Below, in pieces: positions 10,318 through 16,177 of a DNA stretch of 35,700 nucleotides. The stretch lies in NCBI GenBank assembly GCA_001775835.1, contig MEYP01000001.1:7732-43431 (forward strand). The letters run 5' to 3'. This DNA is from Candidatus Azambacteria bacterium RIFCSPHIGHO2_02_FULL_52_12 (GTDB lineage Bacteria; Patescibacteriota; Minisyncoccia; GWC2-36-17; WO2-46-25). Position 1 is the stretch's first letter. Every line of letters starts with the position of its first letter. Under the pieces are notes generated by a model. The model was given only the letters and a program-made list of their open reading frames with translations, was not told the origin of the DNA and searched no databases. Both the position numbers and the translations under genes were made by a program.

Positions 10318-11747
10318 TGGACATACTCAATCTCTCTATCAAAGAAATACACGATCAGCTTGTCTTGAAAAAGACATCGGCTGTCGAGGTCGCGGCATCT
10401 TTTATCGCACAGAGCAAAAAAACCGATGCGGACATCAAAGCGTACATCAGCTATGACTTTGACGCCATGCTCAAGCAGGCGCAGACCGTGGACGAAAAAA
10501 TCGCGCGGGGCGATGAGACATCCCTGCTCGCCGGCATCCCGTGCGCCATCAAAGATAATATCCTCATTAAGGGTTTGAAGGCGACGGCGGGGTCAAAAAT
10601 ATTGGAGAACTATGTCGCTTCATACGACGCGCATGTCATCGAAAAGCTCAAAGCGCACGATGTGCTGTTCACCGGCAAAACGAACATGGACGAATTCGCG
10701 ATGGGTTCGTCCACCGAGAATTCCGCGTTCTTTAAAACGAAAAACCCCGCGGACACGTCGCGCGTGCCCGGCGGGTCTTCGGGCGGTTCGGCGGCGGCGG
10801 TGGCGTCGCGATCTGCCGTGTTCGCGCTCGGGTCCGACACGGGCGGTTCCATCCGCCAACCCGCGTCTTTTTGCGGCGTGGTCGGTCTGAAGCCGACCTA
10901 CGGCGCGGTATCGCGTTCCGGCGTCATGGCGATGGCGTCTTCGCTTGACCAGATCGGGCCGTTCGCCAAAACGGTGGAAGATGCCAAAATCGTCTTTGAC
11001 GCCATCCGCGGCAAAGACCCGAAAGACGCGACAAGCATGGAAACAAAAATTCGAAATTCGAAATTCGAAATTCGAAATTTAAGAATTGGCGTGCCGAAAG
11101 AATATTTCGGCGGGGGCATCGACAAGGGCGTGAAGGCGTCCGTTGAAGCGGCGATCGCGGACATGCAAAAGGCGGGCGCGAAGATCATCGACATCAGTTT
11201 GCCGCACACTAAATATGCCATTGCCGCGTACTACATCATCATGCCCGCCGAAGTGTCTTCTAATCTGGCGCGGTATGACGGCATCAAGTATGGGCATTCG
11301 GCGTATCATGACAACGCGCATGACACGCTGGAGACGGTGTATCGCAACTCCCGCTCGGCCGGGTTCGGCAAGGAAGTTCAGCGCCGCATCATGCTGGGGA
11401 CGTATGTGCTGTCGGCGGGCTATTACGACGCGTATTACAAGAAAGCCCAGCAGGTGCGCACGCAGATCCGGGCCGATTTTGAAAAAGCGTTCAAACAGGT
11501 AGACGTGATAGCGACGCCCACGTGTCCCACCACCGCGTTTCGGTTCGGCGAGAAAACGACCGACCCGCTCGCGATGTATCTGGAAGACGTCTTCACCGTG
11601 CCAGTGAATCTTGCCGGATTGCCGGCGTTGTCCATGCCGTGCGCGCCGTCCAAAGGCTTGCCCGTCGGCCTCCAACTCATCGCGCCGTGGTTTGGCGAAG
11701 AAATATTATTTAGCGTTGGCGCGCAACTTGAACATGCCTCCGAGTAA
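10317..11747 (+). CDS. gatA: Glu/Asp-tRNA amidotransferase subunit A
   Basis: Amidase signature GGSSGGSAAAVA...GSDTGGSIRQPA. 476 aa. Confidence 0.95.
   Translation: MDILNLSIKEIHDQLVLKKTSAVEVAASFIAQSKKTDADIKAYISYDFDAMLKQAQTVDEKIARGDETSLLAGIPCAIKDNILIKGLKATAGSKILENYVASYDAHVIEKLKAHDVLFTGKTNMDEFAMGSSTENSAFFKTKNPADTSRVPGGSSGGSAAAVASRSAVFALGSDTGGSIRQPASFCGVVGLKPTYGAVSRSGVMAMASSLDQIGPFAKTVEDAKIVFDAIRGKDPKDATSMETKIRNSKFEIRNLRIGVPKEYFGGGIDKGVKASVEAAIADMQKAGAKIIDISLPHTKYAIAAYYIIMPAEVSSNLARYDGIKYGHSAYHDNAHDTLETVYRNSRSAGFGKEVQRRIMLGTYVLSAGYYDAYYKKAQQVRTQIRADFEKAFKQVDVIATPTCPTTAFRFGEKTTDPLAMYLEDVFTVPVNLAGLPALSMPCAPSKGLPVGLQLIAPWFGEEILFSVGAQLEHASE
11047..11081 (+). repeat. In-frame heptamer array (AAATTCG x4 plus AAATTTA) inside gatA
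   Basis: Perfect 7-nt tandem copies at 11047-11074. Encodes IRNSKFEIRNL in a linker before the conserved IGVPKEYF. Confidence 0.85.
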
Positions 11748-12300
11748 TCCTCTTGCTGGGTTTAACCCCCAATTCCAAGAAGCGCTTGACGCGAGTTCGG
11801 CGTACACGCAATCCGAAAGCATCATGGCCGCCGTGCTCATCATCAAGTTCATTTTCTTCGCTGTTTCTTTCTTTTTTCTTCTGCACGGCATCTACCTTGT
11901 TTACAAAATGGGCCTGGTGAACGAAAAGATGAGTTTTTACTCCGGCATGTTTTCAAGCAAAAAAGAATCAATGCGCAAAGACATGATCCTGCTTGAATGG
12001 GAGAAGATAAAAAACCGCATGGCAACGATGCGTGAATCGGAATACAAGTTTGCCATCATCGAAGCGGACAAGCTTTTCGACATTCTCCTGCAGAAGATGG
12101 ATTACAAGGGGAAAGACATGAACGCGCGGCTTTCGCAGATAGATTCGGCGCAGCTTTCGAGCGTCCAAGGCGTGTGGGAATCGCACAAGGTGCGCAACAT
12201 GCTCGCGCACGACCCGAACTATCAGATCAGCTTCACGGACGCCCAGCGCATCATTGTAAACTACGAACGCGCGTTCGCCGAACTCGGGATACTTGATTAA
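11734..12300 (+). CDS. Membrane-anchored protein with a HEPN-like Rx4H motif (ORF is open from 11611, but that part overlaps gatA)
   Basis: ATG 11734 overlaps the gatA end by 14 nt. One TM helix (AAVLIIKFIFFAVSFFFLLHGIYLV). Helical C-terminal domain with HKVRNMLAH (R154-H159, nt 12193-12210). Confidence 0.55.
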   Translation: MPPSNPLAGFNPQFQEALDASSAYTQSESIMAAVLIIKFIFFAVSFFFLLHGIYLVYKMGLVNEKMSFYSGMFSSKKESMRKDMILLEWEKIKNRMATMRESEYKFAIIEADKLFDILLQKMDYKGKDMNARLSQIDSAQLSSVQGVWESHKVRNMLAHDPNYQISFTDAQRIIVNYERAFAELGILD

Positions 12301-12343
12301 TCTTCTTTTTTGTAGTAAAGTTATATTTGTTTTTAACTTTTAT

Positions 12344-12417
12344 CGCGGGGTGGAGAAGTCTGGTATCTCGTTGGTCTCATAAGCCAAAGATCGCAGGTTC
12401 AAATCCTGCCCCCGCAA
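12344..12417 (+). tRNA. Initiator tRNA-fMet (CAU)
   Basis: CGCGGGG acceptor with a C1-A72 mismatch, D stem GAGA/TCTC, anticodon loop CTCATAA, T arm GCAGG TTCAAAT CCTGC. Close to the E. coli initiator sequence. CCA is not encoded. Confidence 0.85.
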
Positions 12418-12454
12418 CATGCAGAAAGGAGATGCCGCCGCTTGGCGGATTGCC

Positions 12455-12526
12455 GCCAGCATAGCTCAGTGGTAGAGCGAGCGTTTCATAAGCGCTAGGT
12501 CGCAGGTCCGATCCCTGCTGCTGGTA
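12455..12526 (+). tRNA. tRNA with CAU anticodon (elongator Met or lysidine-dependent Ile2)
   Basis: Cloverleaf GCCAGCA / GCTC..GAGC / AGCGT TTCATAA GCGCT / GCAGG TCCGATC CCTGC / TGCTGGT, discriminator A. Confidence 0.8.
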
Positions 12527-12546
12527 CTTGAAAACGTGTCACCCGC

Positions 12547-12622
12547 GGGCCCGTGGTCTAGCCTGGTCTATGGCGCCTCCCTGTCACGGAGGAAATCGCC
12601 GGTTCAAATCCGGTCGGGCCCG
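12547..12622 (+). tRNA. tRNA-Asp (GUC)
   Basis: Acceptor GGGCCCG/CGGGCCC, anticodon arm CCTCC CTGTCAC GGAGG, T arm GCCGG TTCAAAT CCGGT, discriminator G. Confidence 0.85.
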
Positions 12623-12693
12623 CAGGCGACATGTTTGAAAGAATGCGAAGCGAGATTTGCCGACATTGTTCATTTCAAAAAAGGAGGTGGGGC

Positions 12694-12996
12694 ATGGGCA
12701 GATTGCTTCCGTTTATTCTCATCGTTGTTTTCTGTGCGGTAGCGCATAAGTTTTTTCGCGTTGCGTTGCGCGTGAAGGACGGTCGACGGGCAACGAAAGA
12801 AGGCGGCGATGCTTGGCGGGCATTGTGGGAGTTCTTGAGTGAAAATCCTGACGTAAGAATCGATCATCCCCAAGCGCAGAGAATCCTTGAACGAAAGATC
12901 GCTGCCGAGGAGAAATGGCAGGAGACCCATCCGTACTGCGCAAGCGCTAATCACAAGAGCCACCTTGAGTTTTTGAAAAGTTTGCGCGCCGCATGA
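12694..12996 (+). CDS. Small membrane-anchored hypothetical protein
   Basis: Strong SD AAGGAGG (12681-12687) 6 nt before ATG 12694. N-terminal TM helix LLPFILIVVFCAV. The longer ORF from 12631 would abut the tRNA. Confidence 0.55.
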   Translation: MGRLLPFILIVVFCAVAHKFFRVALRVKDGRRATKEGGDAWRALWEFLSENPDVRIDHPQAQRILERKIAAEEKWQETHPYCASANHKSHLEFLKSLRAA

Positions 12997-13007
12997 TGTG
13001 GCGCGGG

Positions 13008-13044
13008 GCGGCCCAGAAATATCTGCGGGCCGCTTTTTGTTTTT
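13008..13044 (+). terminator. Rho-independent terminator
   Basis: GCGGCCC (13008-13014), 12-nt loop, GGGCCGC (13027-13033), then TTTTTGTTTTT. Confidence 0.7.
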
Positions 13045-13046
13045 GG

Positions 13047-13075
13047 TTGATTCAGTGTGAAAAATACGCTACTAT
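13047..13075 (+). promoter_or_regulatory. Candidate promoter giving a leaderless mRNA
   Basis: TTGATT, 17 nt, TACTAT, 6 nt, ATG 13082. Confidence 0.5.
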
Positions 13076-13081
13076 TGACGC

Positions 13082-13435
13082 ATGGGATCGCGCGTTGCTC
13101 TTATTCTGTCATTTCTGGCGTTTATCGTTTCAACCGCTTTTCTTTCGTTCTTTGTTTTTTCCGTTGACCCGCGGTATCTGAATTTCAGCGGATTCCTCGT
13201 GTTTTATCTGGCGCTTTTTATCGCGGCGTGGAGCGCGGCGTATATACTTGTGCGCTGGAGCATGCGCAACAGGCGCGGGAACGTCGCAGGGCTCGCGCGG
13301 CGGACGGCATTGGTCGCGCTGTGCGTCACAGGAGGGGTGCTGTTGAGCCAGTTGCGATGGCTTTCGGTATACGCGCTCTTTGTTTTAGTTGCCCTTGCAG
13401 GAGGCATAGAATATTATTATAGTAAAAAAAGGTAA
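13082..13435 (+). CDS. Hypothetical polytopic membrane protein
   Basis: 117 aa with three to four hydrophobic helices. No recognisable motif. Confidence 0.55.
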   Translation: MGSRVALILSFLAFIVSTAFLSFFVFSVDPRYLNFSGFLVFYLALFIAAWSAAYILVRWSMRNRRGNVAGLARRTALVALCVTGGVLLSQLRWLSVYALFVLVALAGGIEYYYSKKR

Positions 13436-13449
13436 GAAATAACCAGAAT

Positions 13450-14601
13450 ATGTCCGAAAAAAATCATTACATAGAAGTGCAATCTTCGGAAGAACAGAAG
13501 CTTCGAGAGATGCTTGCGCACAAAAATGATGCCGATTCAAAACGGCTTGTCCGTTTTCTTTCACTTCCCGATCTTTCGCGCGATCCTTCGAGCCCCCTGT
13601 CGGAGCTTGTTTCACGCATCAAAAAAATCGAGCGGTTTTCGCATTTCGACGAGATAAAGGCGCCGGAAATCGTCCGGGCTGATATCAGTTTTGATCTGTT
13701 CAATTTTTCCCCCGATCACCCCGCTCGAAAATCAACAGACACTTATTTTATCGATGAAGAGTATATCTTAAGAACGCATACCACGGTCATGTGGTATTAC
13801 TATCTGCATGATGAGGCGATTAAAGAAAAGATCAGGAACAAAGAGTCTGTGGGGTCGCTTTCTTACGGCAAGGTATACCGTAAGGACGAGATAGACCGCA
13901 ATCACATGAATGTTTTCCATCAGATAGACGGATGGTATCTCACGCCAAAATCAGAGAAGGTCATTACCGCTGATGATCTGAAAGAAGTATTGATTGAAAT
14001 AGCTCATGCAGTTTTCGGGAACAATGTCGTCTATAGAATCAATCCCGACACTTTCCCTTATACCAACCCAAGTCTCGAAATGGAAGTGCAGATTGACGGG
14101 AGATGGGTCGAGGTTTTGGGGTCGGGCGTCGTGCAGGGAAACGTTCTTGAACGCCTTGGTGTTGACCCGGCCGTGTACAACGGATGGGCGTTCGGCTTCG
14201 GCCTTGAACGGCTTGCGATCATCAGCATGACGCTTCCCGATATCCGCCTGCTCTGGTCCGACGACCCGCGGATCAAAAAACAGCTGCGCCTGGGGAATGT
14301 TTATGTTCCCGTGAGCAAATATCCGCCGATTACGAGAGACATTTCGTTCGTGGTGTCGGACGATTTCATTCCCAATAATTATTTCGACCTGATACGGGAT
14401 TTGGGCGGCGAACTGGTTGAGGAAGTGAAGCTTGTCGACAAGTATGAAAACCCCGAAAAATTCGGCGCCCGCAAAACAAGCTATACCTACCGCATCATCT
14501 ATCGCAGCAACGACAGGACACTGCTTTCGGGCGAGGTGGATAGTATCCAGAAAAAAATATACGAGGAAACCGCGAAGCAATTTCACGCGGAGTTGAGATA
14601 A
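13450..14601 (+). CDS. pheS: Phenylalanine--tRNA ligase, single-chain type (class II catalytic core + C-terminal FDX-ACB domain)
   Basis: PheS motifs SPDHPARK, LRTHTT, GKVYRKDEID..H...FHQIDG, GWAFGFGLERLAI. The last ~100 aa (nt ~14299-14598: SKYPPITRDISFVV...KTSYTYRIIYRS.DRTL) fit the ferredoxin-fold anticodon-binding domain. Confidence 0.9.
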   Translation: MSEKNHYIEVQSSEEQKLREMLAHKNDADSKRLVRFLSLPDLSRDPSSPLSELVSRIKKIERFSHFDEIKAPEIVRADISFDLFNFSPDHPARKSTDTYFIDEEYILRTHTTVMWYYYLHDEAIKEKIRNKESVGSLSYGKVYRKDEIDRNHMNVFHQIDGWYLTPKSEKVITADDLKEVLIEIAHAVFGNNVVYRINPDTFPYTNPSLEMEVQIDGRWVEVLGSGVVQGNVLERLGVDPAVYNGWAFGFGLERLAIISMTLPDIRLLWSDDPRIKKQLRLGNVYVPVSKYPPITRDISFVVSDDFIPNNYFDLIRDLGGELVEEVKLVDKYENPEKFGARKTSYTYRIIYRSNDRTLLSGEVDSIQKKIYEETAKQFHAELR

Positions 14602-15089
14602 TGAAAGGGTTAATCGCCTACTCTTTTGCGCTCGGGGAACATGAACCAAATCCATGTAATATGAGGCTTGCTTGCGCCGTTGATCGGATTGTCAAAGAAG
14701 AGAGAGAAAGGGGAGAGGAAGTAGTCGTTGTTGCCCAGTGGGAGATTGCCTTGGCGCTTTCCGTAGAACCGGATTTCGTTGTACACGAACATCGGCAAGG
14801 GGATATGTATCTTGACAGCGAGGAGATTACCTCGCAGGCAACTCCTTTGTTTTTACGCCATGGCATCACCAAGGTTATCCCGGTTGCGAATCCGTTTTTA
14901 CATCTTTTCAAATGCAAGAAGCTTATTCGCCGGGCTGGGTTTGTATCTCTTTCCAGGCGCGTTGGATGGGTTGGATTTTATAAAAACTCCCTTCAGTGGT
15001 ATACGCGCGGCCCCATTCGTCTTCTCGCGTATGCCGCGCTGCAGTTTTTATTCGGATATCACGGGAAGGTTATCAGAAAGCAGTCTTGA
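14601..15089 (+). CDS. DUF218/YdcF-like protein, paralogue 1
   Basis: ATG overlaps the pheS stop (TAATG). The pattern YLDSEEITSQA...VIPVANPFLHLFKCKKLIRRAGF resembles the DUF218 core (weak call, by eye). Confidence 0.5.
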   Translation: MKGLIAYSFALGEHEPNPCNMRLACAVDRIVKEERERGEEVVVVAQWEIALALSVEPDFVVHEHRQGDMYLDSEEITSQATPLFLRHGITKVIPVANPFLHLFKCKKLIRRAGFVSLSRRVGWVGFYKNSLQWYTRGPIRLLAYAALQFLFGYHGKVIRKQS

Positions 15090-15113
15090 CTTTCTCGTTT
15101 AATGTTGTAGTAT
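15086..15113 (+). promoter_or_regulatory. Candidate promoter of paralogue 2
   Basis: TTGACT (15086-15091), 16 nt, TAGTAT (15108-15113). Downstream SD GAGGTGA sits before ATG 15175. Confidence 0.4.
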
Positions 15114-15174
15114 GACTGCGCACTACTTTGAGTGCGATTTCCTGAACATTCACAATCAAACAGCGAGGTGAAAA

Positions 15175-15684
15175 ATGCGGATAGGATTGATTGCCTATTC
15201 TTTTGCGCTTAGGGAAACAGAACCGAATCCATGTGATGTGAGACTTGCTCAAGCAGTCGAACGAATCGTGAAGGAAGAGGTGGAGAAGGGAAACGAGGTG
15301 ATCGTTATTGCTCAGTGGGAAGTGGCGCTCGCACTTTCAATAGAGCCCGCCCTTGTGGTACGCGAGCATCGCCAGAAGGGCGCATATCTTGACAGCGAAG
15401 AGGTGACATCGCAAGCGATTCCTATTTTTGAGGGGTATAGGATTACCGAGGTCATTCCCGTCGCGAATCCATTTCTGCATCTTTTCAAATGCAGGAAACT
15501 GGTTCGCAGTGCGGGACTTACCCCTCTCCGAAGGCGCATAGGCTGGATCGGGTTCGATAAGGACTCCCTTCAGTGGTACACGCGCGGACCCGCTCATCTT
15601 CTCGTCTACACCGCGCTTCAAGTTTCAGTCGGGTATCGCGGAAAGCACATTGATGTTGACCGCAACAACAAACTAGCGAGGTGA
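15175..15684 (+). CDS. DUF218/YdcF-like protein, paralogue 2
   Basis: Roughly two-thirds identical to the 14601 ORF by eye (LIAYSFAL..EPNPC..RLA.AV.RIVKEE...VIPVANPFLHLFKC.KL...SLQWYTRGP). Confidence 0.5.
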   Translation: MRIGLIAYSFALRETEPNPCDVRLAQAVERIVKEEVEKGNEVIVIAQWEVALALSIEPALVVREHRQKGAYLDSEEVTSQAIPIFEGYRITEVIPVANPFLHLFKCRKLVRSAGLTPLRRRIGWIGFDKDSLQWYTRGPAHLLVYTALQVSVGYRGKHIDVDRNNKLAR

Positions 15685-15687
15685 GCG

Positions 15688-16089
15688 ATGGATAATTCGG
15701 TTGCGGTTCCCCCTGATTGCATTGTCGGTGTCGAGCACGAAGCGAAGAGCGGTCCTTTTTGGGCCGGAAACGACCGATTGGGATTGGCGCTTCTAACGTG
15801 CTTGGACAAAAAGCCGCCGATCCCGCTTATTTTACAGCAAGGAATCGCCCGATACATAAACACGCCGATGGTCGAAAAAGCAAAGGTCATCGAGAAGCAC
15901 CGGCAGGAAGGCGTTCCGCTTGACCTTGAAGAAGTCTGTTTTCAGGCGGCAAGGATCATAAAAGAAAAAAACTGGAAGACGTGTTTCGTGCTTGCGCACA
16001 AGAGCGATGTTGCGGCGTGCAAGCGGATTCTGCACGGGTATGGAGTTCTCGTGACAGGAGAGATTGTTGTCAATCCAAATGTTTGGTAG
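15688..16089 (+). CDS. Divergent third member of the same family
   Basis: SD GAGGTGA before ATG. Retains the core layout (LDLEEVCFQAARII...CFVLAHKSDVAACKRILHGYGV) but not the C-terminal SLQWYTRGP segment. Confidence 0.4.
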   Translation: MDNSVAVPPDCIVGVEHEAKSGPFWAGNDRLGLALLTCLDKKPPIPLILQQGIARYINTPMVEKAKVIEKHRQEGVPLDLEEVCFQAARIIKEKNWKTCFVLAHKSDVAACKRILHGYGVLVTGEIVVNPNVW

Positions 16090-16090
16090 C

Positions 16091-16138
16091 AAGGGTCCCG
16101 TTGTGCTCGAAAATGAGCCGCGGGACCCTTCTTTTTTG
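16091..16138 (+). terminator. Rho-independent terminator
   Basis: AAGGGTCCCG (16091-16100), loop, CGGGACCCTT (16121-16130), then TCTTTTTTG. Confidence 0.75.
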
Positions 16139-16140
16139 TA

Positions 16141-16169
16141 TGGACAAGCAGCTTATTTTTTGCTAAAAT
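16141..16169 (+). promoter_or_regulatory. Candidate gyrB promoter (extended -10)
   Basis: TGGACA, 17-nt spacer whose last 3 nt are the TGc of an extended -10, then TAAAAT (16164-16169), 8 nt, ATG 16178. Confidence 0.45.
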
Positions 16170-16177
16170 TGAGCTAT

